From an uncultured Butyrivibrio sp. (GTDB lineage Bacteria; Bacillota; Clostridia; Lachnospirales; Lachnospiraceae), in assembly GCA_964576255.1 (NCBI GenBank), contig CAZNUK010000001.1:61886-125885 (forward strand): a DNA stretch of 64,000 nucleotides. The letters run 5' to 3'. Positions within the stretch are counted from its first letter, which is position 1; every line of letters begins with the position of its first letter. This document shows, piece by piece, positions 1-10,073 of the stretch. The position numbers and the translations under genes are program-made. The notes beneath the pieces are model-generated. The model did no database searches. It worked only from the letters and a program-made list of their open reading frames with translations, and had not been told where the DNA came from.

Positions 1-442
<442 letters not shown>

Positions 443-567
443 CTATTTATTATTTTTTTATTAAATTTTATCTGGAACATAATAATTGCCAGGAGCATAA
501 GCTCCATATTGCCGAAAAAAATACTAAAATAATAATTCCATAAAAACATATTTTTTTCATACTTACA

Positions 568-596
568 AATTTACACTCGGATTTTGTGACTGTCAA
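568..596 (-). promoter_or_regulatory. sigmaA promoter of dnaK-like gene overlapping a degenerate CIRCE (HrcA) element
   Basis: Minus strand TTGACA-17bp-TAAATT; plus strand TTTACACTC-N9-GACTGTCAA vs CIRCE TTAGCACTC-N9-GAGTGCTAA. Confidence 0.6.
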
Positions 597-603
597 CTTC
601 CTA

Positions 604-632
604 TTGCTTTTAACACTTTATACTGTTAAAAT
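604..632 (+). promoter_or_regulatory. sigmaA promoter for DAHP synthase-coaBC
   Basis: TTGCTT-17bp-TAAAAT with extended TG. Confidence 0.6.
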
Positions 633-666
633 GTAAGAAGTTATTTTTATAAGGTGGTGTACATAA

Positions 667-1698
667 ATGTCAATGAATTATTTTAAAAGACTTCCTGACC
701 CGGAGGTTCTTAAACAGGAGTATCCAATGACTCCCGAGCTTATCAAACTCAAAGAGGAAAGAGACCGTGAAATCAGAGATGTTTTTACTGGTGCTTCAGA
801 TAAATTTCTTGTAATTATCGGACCATGCTCAGCAGACCGTGAGGATGCTGTATGTGACTATGTAGAGCGTCTTTCCAAGGTTAACGAGAAGGTTAAAGAC
901 AAGCTTATTATCATTCCAAGAATTTATACTAATAAACCTCGTACTACAGGGGAAGGCTACAAGGGTATGCTTCATCAGCCGGACCCTAATAAAGAACCGG
1001 ATTTGTACGCAGGAATTGCATCAATTCGTAAAATGCACATCAATGCCATCACTATTGGTGGAATGACATGTGCAGATGAGATGCTTTATCCTGAAAACAG
1101 AAGCTATCTTGATGATGTGCTTTCATATGAAGCCATCGGAGCCCGTTCTGTTGAAAACCAGCAACACAGACTTACAGCCAGCGGAATGGACATCCCTGTT
1201 GGAATGAAGAATCCAACCAGTGGTGATTTTGGCGTTATGCTTAACTCCGTTATTGCAGCCCAGAGTTCTCATGAATTTATATACAGAGGCTACAGTGTTA
1301 ATACTGATGGTAACGACCTTGCCCATGTTATTCTTCGTGGTGGTGTTAACAAATACGGAATCTGCATCCCTAACTATCACTATGAGGATTTAGAGAGACT
1401 GCACGAGTTATATATGGCAAAAGGACTTAAAAACCCTGCTGCAATTATCGATGCTAATCACTCTAATTCCAATAAGAAATATAAGGAACAGCTCCGTATT
1501 ACCAGCGAAGTGCTTCACAGCCGTCGTTACAATGACGATTTCAAGAAGCTGGTTAAGGGCGTTATGATTGAAAGCTATATTGAAGAAGGAACCCAGAAGA
1601 TTTCCGATAATATGGTTTATGGTAAATCCATTACTGACCCATGTATCGGATGGGCTGATACAGAAAAGCTTCTCTACAAAATTGCAGACGAAGCATAG
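667..1698 (+). CDS. 3-deoxy-7-phosphoheptulonate (DAHP) synthase, class I alpha (AroF/G/H type)
   Basis: Motifs IIGPCS, KPRT, IGARS, GMKN, ILRGG, DANHSNS, SITDPC. Confidence 0.93.
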   Translation: MSMNYFKRLPDPEVLKQEYPMTPELIKLKEERDREIRDVFTGASDKFLVIIGPCSADREDAVCDYVERLSKVNEKVKDKLIIIPRIYTNKPRTTGEGYKGMLHQPDPNKEPDLYAGIASIRKMHINAITIGGMTCADEMLYPENRSYLDDVLSYEAIGARSVENQQHRLTASGMDIPVGMKNPTSGDFGVMLNSVIAAQSSHEFIYRGYSVNTDGNDLAHVILRGGVNKYGICIPNYHYEDLERLHELYMAKGLKNPAAIIDANHSNSNKKYKEQLRITSEVLHSRRYNDDFKKLVKGVMIESYIEEGTQKISDNMVYGKSITDPCIGWADTEKLLYKIADEA

Positions 1699-1707
1699 GA
1701 GGTACTT

Positions 1708-2898
1708 ATGTTAACAGGCAAAACTGTTTTATTAGGTGTCACAGGTGGAATTGCAGCCTACAAAATGGCTGATGTGGCAAGCTCACTTGTTAAGCTGGGA
1801 GCTAAGGTTCATGTGCTCATGACCAGAAATGCTACTAATTTTATTAATCCTATTACTTTTGAGACACTTACTTCCAACAAATGCATAGTGGATACCTTTG
1901 ACCGTAATTTTGACTTTAAGGTTGAACATATTTCCCTTGCCAAAGCAGCAGATGTGGTATTAATCGCTCCTGCCACAGCAGACGTTATCGGGAAAATCGC
2001 CCATGGAATTGCAGATGATATGCTGACTACTACTGTTATGGCTTGCAAATGTCCAATATTGGTGTCACCTTCCATGAATACCAATATGTACGAAAATCCT
2101 ATTGTTACAGATAATATTGCACGTCTTAAGAACTACGGTTATCAGATTATTGAGCCTTCTTGCGGTCATCTTGCCTGTGGCGATTCCGGCAAAGGCAAGC
2201 TTCCGTCTCCTGAAATGCTTGTTGAACATATTAAGCTTACAATTGCAATGGATAAGGATATGACCGGCAAAAGACTTCTGGTTACTGCCGGAGCTACACA
2301 GGAAGCAATTGACCCTGTAAGGTATATAACCAATCACTCCACCGGCAAAATGGGCTACGCCATTGCAAGGGTTGCAGCATATCGCGGTGCCGAGGTAACA
2401 CTTGTTACTGGCAAGACTAATCTTACCCCTCCTCTTGGAGTTAAGGTTATTAACATCAAAAGTGCCGCAGATATGTATGAAGCAGTATGTGCCAATTCTG
2501 ACAGTCAGGATATTATTATTAAAGCCGCTGCTGTTGCAGATTACACACCTGTCACAACCGCGGATGAAAAAATCAAGAAATCCGATGATGATATGTCCAT
2601 CCCACTCAAAAGGACTAACGATATTCTTAAGTTCTTAGGTGAGCACAAAAAACCGGGACAGTTTATCTGTGGTTTTTCAATGGAAACAGAAAATATGTTA
2701 GAAAATTCCCGTGCAAAGCTAGAGCGTAAGAATGCCGATATGATTGTTGCTAACAATCTCAAAACCAGTGGCGCCGGTTTTGGCTGTGACACCAATATCG
2801 TAACGCTTATCACTAAGAATGATGTAAAAGAACTTGATATTATGTCCAAAACACAGGTTGCACAAGCAATTTTAGATAAGATTATGGAGAGCAAGTAA
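1708..2898 (+). CDS. coaBC: bifunctional phosphopantothenoylcysteine decarboxylase/ligase
   Basis: GVTGGIAAYK, PSMN, LACGDSGKG, TAGATQEAIDPVRYITNHSTGKMG, AAVADY. Confidence 0.96.
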   Translation: MLTGKTVLLGVTGGIAAYKMADVASSLVKLGAKVHVLMTRNATNFINPITFETLTSNKCIVDTFDRNFDFKVEHISLAKAADVVLIAPATADVIGKIAHGIADDMLTTTVMACKCPILVSPSMNTNMYENPIVTDNIARLKNYGYQIIEPSCGHLACGDSGKGKLPSPEMLVEHIKLTIAMDKDMTGKRLLVTAGATQEAIDPVRYITNHSTGKMGYAIARVAAYRGAEVTLVTGKTNLTPPLGVKVINIKSAADMYEAVCANSDSQDIIIKAAAVADYTPVTTADEKIKKSDDDMSIPLKRTNDILKFLGEHKKPGQFICGFSMETENMLENSRAKLERKNADMIVANNLKTSGAGFGCDTNIVTLITKNDVKELDIMSKTQVAQAILDKIMESK

Positions 2899-2982
2899 AA
2901 TAGTTGATAAATTAACATAATTTTAATTAAACATTTTTAATTTGTTCATAGTTTATTCATAAAGTAGATTTATACTACAAAT

Positions 2983-3088
2983 ACTTGAGAAGGATATATT
3001 GATTCTGCCTCTGGCGGATGTATTATAGAATCTTTTTCATTGCTCTCCCTCTTTTTGGTAAGGTAACACGGCGGTGTTACCTTATTTT
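2983..3088 (+). ncRNA. candidate small RNA (csRNA-like, carries anti-RBS/anti-start sequence)
   Basis: -10 TATACT at 2971 preceded by 11-bp-spaced TT(A/C)A(C/T)A-like repeats; no ORF; contains TCTTTTTCATTGCTCTCCCTCT; ends in an 11-bp hairpin plus U tract. Confidence 0.5.
3059..3088 (+). terminator. intrinsic terminator
   Basis: TAAGGTAACAC-GGCG-GTGTTACCTTA-TTTT. Confidence 0.8.
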
Positions 3089-3102
3089 GTTGTTTAAAAT
3101 TA

Positions 3103-3131
3103 TTGACACTATGGGTGTGCTGACGTACAAT
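3103..3131 (+). promoter_or_regulatory. sigmaA promoter of antiporter gene
   Basis: TTGACA-17bp-TACAAT. Confidence 0.75.
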
Positions 3132-3173
3132 AAACCTTGTATGTAAATATTTACAAATGAAAGGAAATATAAA

Positions 3174-4136
3174 ATGTTAGCAGAATTTATCGCAAGCGTG
3201 CCTCTTGGGGTACAAATCTTATTTTTGCTTGTCGGCTTTGTGTTCTTAATGAAGGGGGCTGACTGGTTTGTAGATGGAGCATCTGCTCTTGCTACTAAAT
3301 TAGGAATTCCACAGATTGTAATCGGTCTTACAATCGTAGCCTTCGGAACAAGTGCTCCGGAAGCCGCCGTTAGTATAACCGCAGGAATCCAGGGAAGTCC
3401 TGACCTTGCAATCAGTAATGTATTAGGAAGTAATATTTTGAACGTGCTTTTAATTCTTGGTGTTTCTTCCGTAATAACGTCTCTTGCAATACAGAAAAAC
3501 ACTTTTAGATATGAGATTCCATTCACAGCACTTATAACCATACTTTTACTGGTTCTTGGAATGTCGGGTGGTTCATTAAGCAGAATTGATGGTATTATTT
3601 TCCTTATAATTTTTGCCGCATTTATGGTATACCTTGTTATTATTTCCAAGCAGCAGAAGCCAAGCGAGGAAGAAACTTCTGCTAAACCAATGGCTGTATG
3701 GAAGATGATTTTATTCATTCTCCTCGGTGGTGCCGGAATTGTTTTCGGAAGCCAGCTTTGTGTTGATTCTGCTACAGAAGTTGCTTTACATTTCGGAATG
3801 AGCGAAAGAATGATTGGTCTTACCATCGTTGCCTTTGGTACTTCTCTTCCTGAGCTCATCACCTCTGTGACTGCGGCTCTTAAGAAAAATGCCGATATTG
3901 CAATCGGTAATGTTGTTGGAAGTAATATTTTTAACATCATTTTCATCCTTGGTCTGACAGCGGTAATTTCACCAATTACCTATATCAATGAATTTATAGT
4001 TGATAACATTGTGGCATTACTTGCAATGATAATTCTCTTTGTCTGCGTTATTAAGAACAAGAAGTTGGGCAGAGTTGGCGGTATTATTATGTTGGTAAGT
4101 TATGTTGCATATTTTGTAGGATTTATAATTTTATAG
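3174..4136 (+). CDS. calcium/sodium antiporter (CaCA, YrbG-like)
   Basis: Two alpha repeats GTSAPE / GTSLPE and GSNI motifs; about 10 TM helices. Confidence 0.92.
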   Translation: MLAEFIASVPLGVQILFLLVGFVFLMKGADWFVDGASALATKLGIPQIVIGLTIVAFGTSAPEAAVSITAGIQGSPDLAISNVLGSNILNVLLILGVSSVITSLAIQKNTFRYEIPFTALITILLLVLGMSGGSLSRIDGIIFLIIFAAFMVYLVIISKQQKPSEEETSAKPMAVWKMILFILLGGAGIVFGSQLCVDSATEVALHFGMSERMIGLTIVAFGTSLPELITSVTAALKKNADIAIGNVVGSNIFNIIFILGLTAVISPITYINEFIVDNIVALLAMIILFVCVIKNKKLGRVGGIIMLVSYVAYFVGFIIL

Positions 4137-4147
4137 TACGAAATTTT

Positions 4148-4178
4148 GAAGGGATTTGCCGAGGCAAATCCCTTCTTT
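4148..4178 (+). terminator. intrinsic terminator
   Basis: GAAGGGATTTGCC-GA-GGCAAATCCCTTC-TTT. Confidence 0.75.
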
Positions 4179-4211
4179 CAGTTTTTATTCACATATAAGG
4201 AGCATCTTGGT

Positions 4212-5690
4212 ATGAAGAAAAAGCCTTTAAATTACTATATATCCACCATTTACATTAGCTTAATGTTTATTTTATTTCCACTCATTATGCATAATAAGTT
4301 ATTTGATATCGTTGAAACCAAACGTAATTGGTTTGTTGGTATTACTATTACAACTTGTATATTGTGCCTGCTTTCCGCTTTAACTACGCAACAAAAAGTA
4401 ACCCTCAAACTCTCATTAACTGACATTTTGATAATCTGTTTTGTGTTATCAAACCTTATCTCATACTGTTTTTCTTCCAATAAAGACCTTGCTCTATATG
4501 GTAGCTATGGCAGAGCCTTTGGACTTTTCACCATTATATTTATTGGCATTTCATATTTTATAATAACGCGTTTTTGTGAAATTAATAAATTCATTTTTTA
4601 CAGCATTATGCTTGGCTCATCACTTGTCGGAATAATAGGCATATTAAATTTCTTTGGCATTGACCCATTTGGAATTTACACAAATATGGCTCCTTACCAA
4701 ACTAATTTTTACATATCTACTTTAGGGCATACCAATATATATAGCAGCTATTTCTCCATAACACTGCCTATTGGCATGATTATGTACATCAAGTCATCCG
4801 ACAATAAAAATAAATTATTTTTTCTTATTACATCATTAATTAATTTTATTGGGTTAATTTCCGGAAACAGCGATAGTGGCTATATTACCATAGCTGTGAT
4901 TTTGCTATTTACACCTATAGTCCTAAAAAATACTGTTGAATTGATTCGCTTTGCTATACTGCTTGTAAGCGGAATTGTATTTGCGAGATTAATTGGCATT
5001 ATTTACACAATGTTTAAATGTGAACGACTTACTGACTCAATAACAGATATTTTACTTTTTAATAATTACCTTCTCCTCGTCGCACTTATTTTTATGATAT
5101 TAATATATGTGTTATTCCATCGGATAAAACACAACAAAGATAGTATTAAAGTCATTAAAAACTTTATTTTAATAGCTGAGGGTGTAGTAATAATATTTTT
5201 TATAAGTGTACTAATTTATGCTAACGCTGTTAATTATACTGGTCCGCTGTCTAATTTATTGATATGGAATGATCACTGGGGCAGCAACCGAGGATTTATA
5301 TGGAAGCGAGGATTCATACTTTTCACACAACATTATGCTATTAAAGACATTATCTGGGGTTGTGGACCTGACAGTATCGGACCTCTTTTGGAACACTATT
5401 TTGGCAACGAAATGTCCATCGGTATTTTTGAACACTATGATAATGTACACAATGAATATCTGCAATATTTATTAACACTTGGTATCACCGGACTGGCTAC
5501 ATATGTAGGTGTAATTGCTACCACAATTAAAAAACATATAACTAAAACATCACTCGACGATAGTACCTATATTGCTATTTTGTCAGCAGTGACATGTTAC
5601 TTATTTCAAGCCTCTGTAAATATCAATCAGGCAGTCACCACACCTTTATTCTTCATAATGATAGCTATGCTCAACATAAAAAAAGAGTAA
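4212..5690 (+). CDS. O-antigen ligase/polymerase-like (Wzy_C) membrane protein
   Basis: About 12 TM; GHTN, RGFIW, GCGPD, HNEYLQ motifs; start moved to ATG after AAGGAG. Confidence 0.75.
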   Translation: MKKKPLNYYISTIYISLMFILFPLIMHNKLFDIVETKRNWFVGITITTCILCLLSALTTQQKVTLKLSLTDILIICFVLSNLISYCFSSNKDLALYGSYGRAFGLFTIIFIGISYFIITRFCEINKFIFYSIMLGSSLVGIIGILNFFGIDPFGIYTNMAPYQTNFYISTLGHTNIYSSYFSITLPIGMIMYIKSSDNKNKLFFLITSLINFIGLISGNSDSGYITIAVILLFTPIVLKNTVELIRFAILLVSGIVFARLIGIIYTMFKCERLTDSITDILLFNNYLLLVALIFMILIYVLFHRIKHNKDSIKVIKNFILIAEGVVIIFFISVLIYANAVNYTGPLSNLLIWNDHWGSNRGFIWKRGFILFTQHYAIKDIIWGCGPDSIGPLLEHYFGNEMSIGIFEHYDNVHNEYLQYLLTLGITGLATYVGVIATTIKKHITKTSLDDSTYIAILSAVTCYLFQASVNINQAVTTPLFFIMIAMLNIKKE

Positions 5691-5695
5691 CAAAA

Positions 5696-5719
5696 TGGAG
5701 TTCCACATAGGGAACTCCA
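5696..5719. terminator. bidirectional terminator between convergent genes
   Basis: TGGAGTTCC-N-GGAACTCCA hairpin. Confidence 0.65.
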
Positions 5720-5743
5720 TCAAGCGTGAATCTAAAAAAAATG

Positions 5744-8700
5744 TTATTTATTTATAGCTATTATTCTTTTTCTCTTAGTTGTACCAAACATTGCAATTCC
5801 TAAAAGCAGGGCAGAACACATCACTGTCATTGCTACATTAACAATTATGCCATTATCAGAACTGGCTCCGGCTTCAACATCTGCCATACTCTGTTCGATA
5901 ATATTAAAGTTAACGTTGCTGAATGAATCCTTGTCTAATTCAAGCTGCTCCTCAGCATTAAGCAATGCTGCTTTTGCTTCATCCAAAACAAAATAGGTTG
6001 AGCAATGTGTAATAGTAAATTCTATATATCCTCCCTCTTTAACTCTAAGTGCTTCTGCACCTACTCTTAACATCTTGTCATTTTCCTCATCATAGTAATA
6101 CAAGTGAATTTTCTCATCTTTTTTATATTTTTCTCCTACATACACTTTTACAGTTGCAGGTCCCGGCAATTTACCATGATGTTTGAAATTAATATATAAT
6201 GCATCCTTGTCTTTTAATTTATTATCTACTTTGCTATTATATTCGTTAACCTCAATATCCATATCGATATCCATATCAGGATTCTCAATATGCTTAGCAG
6301 CAAATGACCATGAATACATTAATTCATTATCTTCATTAACAATTCCACATACAATGTTTTTGTCTGCTTTTTTCATTTCGTCAAAAACATCTTTATCAAT
6401 TGTATAAGAATCCTTACTTACAACTTCTATGGTCTTATCCTCTGATTCCTTGATATCTTCTATCAATACATCAGAAGTTTCACTTGAATCAACAATTTCT
6501 TCATCTTCTACAAATTCCGGTTCCTCATACCTGGTATTTGTGTCTGCTGATTCATCAGTATTTCCGGAATCCTCTGCACCTTCGGTGCCTTCTGTATTTT
6601 CGATATCCTCTGCGCCTTCGGTGTCTTCTGTATTTTCGATATCCTTTGTATCTTCGGTGTCCTCTGCAAATATATTACCTGCATAAGCTGTAATACTGAT
6701 ATTGCTAAAAACATCGTTCTTACAGAAGTTAAAATTCACGCTATCTTCAACACAGTAGATGGTATTCATTAATGTTATATCAAACTCGTCTAATCCTCCT
6801 CCATATATGGATGCTCCTTCTAAAGCATTTCCTGAAGTTGCATTTCCTGAAGTTGCCGTGTTCTGAACGATGTAAGGCTCGGCTACATATTCTAATGTCC
6901 CCTCCATAACATTCATTGTTCCAAGTATTGTTCCTTCAAAATACAATGTAGCATATAATACGTTGTCAATATTTTCAACAACAACATCCAATTGATACTT
7001 TTCACCAATATTTAAAAACCCTCCAGGGATAGGACAACACATCATCGAATATTCTTCTGATGTAGCTACAGTTAAATAAAAATATCCTGTTTCACAAAAC
7101 AGATATACATATTCTGAAGCATCACCAAATCTATCGTCTATACCCCAAAATGTACCACCATATAATTCGGACTTTATAAAATCACAGCTTATTGTAAATC
7201 CATCAGCACAATCTCTCAAGTCAATATTGTCTACATGGTTTTTTGTAACAGAAACCATCTCATCGCCGGCTTCATAATATGTCACATCTGTCGGAAATGG
7301 CAATTTATTGCATGAATCAATATTTTTTATATTTCTAAGAAGAACTACATCCTCATTATTTAGCGTTAAGGAAATCATTCCGGAAGCAACGATATAGGAG
7401 CCCAATATTTCATATCCATGTTTTAACTGTTTGTCAGCACTAATATAATCAAATTCTTCTACCTCACATACAGTTTCACCATTTTTAGCAATATCACCTA
7501 CATAAAGCTGAACATCTGCTGAATCAGCAGGATTTTGCATGTCTTCATAACTATAAATACTTACAGATGTCGTTTTTAATAAACCATCATCAGAATATAA
7601 ATCATATGGCGCAAAGTCACAACGAATAATTACATCTCCAGATACCCTTGTCATATTTTCCCACGATATAGTAACAATTCCGTCTAAATATACACCTGAA
7701 CCAGACGCCCAAATCTTCAATGTTATCTTCTTATCAATAAGAAGATTCCAACAATCCTTATTTATGACTTGAAATATATCACCTGAAATAATTAGAGTAG
7801 AATAATCTTCCATTCCAAAGACTGTTTTATAATCAAGTGTTGATGATAAATCATAGTCGTATAATGACTCTTGTCCGGAAGTGACTCCAATTTCAGGTGT
7901 CACCACATAATTAGGGTCCGCGCCTGATGGAATAAAATAGTAATCAACGTCTTCAGAAAACAAATTATTCCAAAGCATATTTTCTATTATTCCAACATAT
8001 TTGTAAGGTTCCATTGAATCTGTGTATGTGTATACATTATAAGAATTACCTCCGTATAAATAATACGATACTCCATCAATTATTTCACTGTTTGTATACT
8101 GCTTATGTAAATTACAATACACATTCTCTGTATTCCATACACTAACAGCATCCTCATTCTTTCCAAAACCAAAATCTATTACGCAGTCAGAATTTAATTC
8201 TTCGTATACATTTCTCAAATCAACTTCAGCGGTTGCTATATTGCCCAACTCATCATAATAGTCAAATATAAAAATTATTGTTGTATTTAACATGTTAGCA
8301 GCTTTTTCAATAATTTCTTTTTCAATAATAACTTCATTACTATTTGTAGAAAACCAACTATAAACTGTGCCTGAATTTTCATCAAAATTATCTATAATTT
8401 CACTAAAAAACTCTGAATTTAATTCTGTATATATTCCGTTAAAACTTTGTCCATTAATTGCTGTAAGATTTATACGTAATGTTTCTGCCACCCATATAGC
8501 ACTTGAAGTAAACTTTTCTGGAGCATTGGCAAGAAGCTCTTCCTTAGACAGTTTATTATTATAAAGTGAAAGTACAGCTAAATCTGTTTCAGGCAAAGAA
8601 GGGATTTTAGTTAGTTCATTACTGTCTAATACTAATGCAACTAGCTTGGTACAATTCTCCAATCCGGATATATCGCTAATACCACAATTAGAAATAGTTA

Positions 8701-9631
8701 AGTATTCCAAATTCTCAAATTCACTAAAATCTAACACCATACTTGATAAATCACTATCTTCAATTTCTAAGCTAGAACAATTTGTTGGAATCTCTGACAA
8801 GGTTACACCTCTTAATTTAATAATATCCTCCTTATCTCCTAATATTACCTCCAACTTTTCATCTCTATAATCATAATTTTCAATATAAACATACGTAAGA
8901 TTAGTATTTTGAGATAAATCAATATTTTTATCCACATAAGATCCTCTCAAAGTTATACCTGTAAGTTCTTGAAATTGTGATACTTTATCCAAATCGGCAT
9001 AATATCCACTATTTAAATTTAAACTGATCAGATTAACATAACTCTCCAGATTTTCTAGTGAAAATTCTCCATTTCCATCTGAAAAGCTAAGAGTTAGATG
9101 ACACAACGATTCATTTAATGGCTTTTCTGTAGATTCATCTAATGCAACATAACCGTAACCATTCGTACCGTCCAAATCTACAGAAAGATATGCTAATGAC
9201 ATATCAGTAATGACTTCATAAATTTCCTCATTAACAGATATTCCGTAAATACTCAATTGATTAACGCAATCATATTCTTTCAGCATTTCAAGCATACATT
9301 TAAGTTCTTCTTGTGAAATACCCTCTTCCTCTAAAGATATCGGGCAATCAAAACGAACCAATATATGGTTAGTAACAAGTTCTAATCCCGTAAAATCACT
9401 TATTACATCCCTAATATATAGGTCAGTCAGCGATTCTACCTCGCTTAATCTTAGTTCTTCATCACCATCACCTGTACTTGCAAGCATCGAATTATACAAA
9501 TTCTCATCCGGAATGTCCTCACTGGTGAGAACTCTGTCCGTTGTGTCTGCTTTAATTGTCATCGGCATGTACGCAGAACTCATGCACAAAACAATTAATA
9601 AAGCAATTAGTTTTTTAATTTGTTTCTTCAT
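5744..9631 (-). CDS. large acidic leucine-rich-repeat cell-surface protein with signal peptide and C-terminal membrane anchor
   Basis: N-terminal MKKQIKK plus hydrophobic stretch; IPDENLY cap; LxxLxLxxN repeats; acidic linker; C-terminal TM then KRKR. Confidence 0.8.
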   Translation of the reverse strand: MKKQIKKLIALLIVLCMSSAYMPMTIKADTTDRVLTSEDIPDENLYNSMLASTGDGDEELRLSEVESLTDLYIRDVISDFTGLELVTNHILVRFDCPISLEEEGISQEELKCMLEMLKEYDCVNQLSIYGISVNEEIYEVITDMSLAYLSVDLDGTNGYGYVALDESTEKPLNESLCHLTLSFSDGNGEFSLENLESYVNLISLNLNSGYYADLDKVSQFQELTGITLRGSYVDKNIDLSQNTNLTYVYIENYDYRDEKLEVILGDKEDIIKLRGVTLSEIPTNCSSLEIEDSDLSSMVLDFSEFENLEYLTISNCGISDISGLENCTKLVALVLDSNELTKIPSLPETDLAVLSLYNNKLSKEELLANAPEKFTSSAIWVAETLRINLTAINGQSFNGIYTELNSEFFSEIIDNFDENSGTVYSWFSTNSNEVIIEKEIIEKAANMLNTTIIFIFDYYDELGNIATAEVDLRNVYEELNSDCVIDFGFGKNEDAVSVWNTENVYCNLHKQYTNSEIIDGVSYYLYGGNSYNVYTYTDSMEPYKYVGIIENMLWNNLFSEDVDYYFIPSGADPNYVVTPEIGVTSGQESLYDYDLSSTLDYKTVFGMEDYSTLIISGDIFQVINKDCWNLLIDKKITLKIWASGSGVYLDGIVTISWENMTRVSGDVIIRCDFAPYDLYSDDGLLKTTSVSIYSYEDMQNPADSADVQLYVGDIAKNGETVCEVEEFDYISADKQLKHGYEILGSYIVASGMISLTLNNEDVVLLRNIKNIDSCNKLPFPTDVTYYEAGDEMVSVTKNHVDNIDLRDCADGFTISCDFIKSELYGGTFWGIDDRFGDASEYVYLFCETGYFYLTVATSEEYSMMCCPIPGGFLNIGEKYQLDVVVENIDNVLYATLYFEGTILGTMNVMEGTLEYVAEPYIVQNTATSGNATSGNALEGASIYGGGLDEFDITLMNTIYCVEDSVNFNFCKNDVFSNISITAYAGNIFAEDTEDTKDIENTEDTEGAEDIENTEGTEGAEDSGNTDESADTNTRYEEPEFVEDEEIVDSSETSDVLIEDIKESEDKTIEVVSKDSYTIDKDVFDEMKKADKNIVCGIVNEDNELMYSWSFAAKHIENPDMDIDMDIEVNEYNSKVDNKLKDKDALYINFKHHGKLPGPATVKVYVGEKYKKDEKIHLYYYDEENDKMLRVGAEALRVKEGGYIEFTITHCSTYFVLDEAKAALLNAEEQLELDKDSFSNVNFNIIEQSMADVEAGASSDNGIIVNVAMTVMCSALLLGIAMFGTTKRKRIIAINK
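6555..6665. repeat. imperfect 27-bp tandem repeat coding acidic linker (DIENTEDTEGAE-like)
   Basis: Repeated cttcggtg..ttctgtattttcgatatcct units. Confidence 0.7.
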
Positions 9632-9663
9632 AGGCTATTCTCTCCTTTTTAATAAGTAATAAA

Positions 9664-9711
9664 AGTGATATATCACTATTCTATCACACGGTTAGTGATT
9701 TGTCACTAACC
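9664..9711. promoter_or_regulatory. two AGTGA-N4-TCACT palindromes at the LRR-gene promoter (putative XRE operators)
   Basis: 9664-9677 and 9694-9707; minus strand GTGACA-17bp-TAGAAT. Confidence 0.65.
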
Positions 9712-9778
9712 ATTCTCCCTTATATGCCTTAGGATTAGAATTAATTTTTGCCATATAATAATACGGGAGTGATATGAA

Positions 9779-10024
9779 ATGCAGGGAATTTATCCAGCTG
9801 TTGTCAATCGAATTAGACAACTATGTAAAGAGAAAAATATAACACCCAACGCATTGAGCTATGCTTCAGGGATCTCACAGTCAACAGTAAAAAGTATTTT
9901 AAACGGCGAGAGTTCTAATCCCGGCATTGTAACAATTAAAAAACTTTGTGATGGATTTGGTATAACTATTACAGAGTTTTTTGACACAGAAGATTTTAAA
10001 AATCTAGAACAAGAATTATACTAA
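9779..10024 (+). CDS. XRE-family helix-turn-helix regulator
   Basis: 81 aa; LSYASGISQSTVKSILNG..NPGIVTIKKLC. Confidence 0.88.
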   Translation: MQGIYPAVVNRIRQLCKEKNITPNALSYASGISQSTVKSILNGESSNPGIVTIKKLCDGFGITITEFFDTEDFKNLEQELY

Positions 10025-10041
10025 CTTACCATATTACAACA

Positions 10042-10065
10042 AAGTCGCTGATTTCTCAGCGACTT
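10042..10065. terminator. bidirectional terminator
   Basis: AAGTCGCTGA-TTTC-TCAGCGACTT. Confidence 0.75.
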
Positions 10066-10073
10066 AAACCATA

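Noticed and set aside
3077..3946. 289-aa minus-strand ORF and the many other short antisense ORFs in the track
   Set aside because: Shadow frames of well-supported genes on the opposite strand, with no recognisable motifs.
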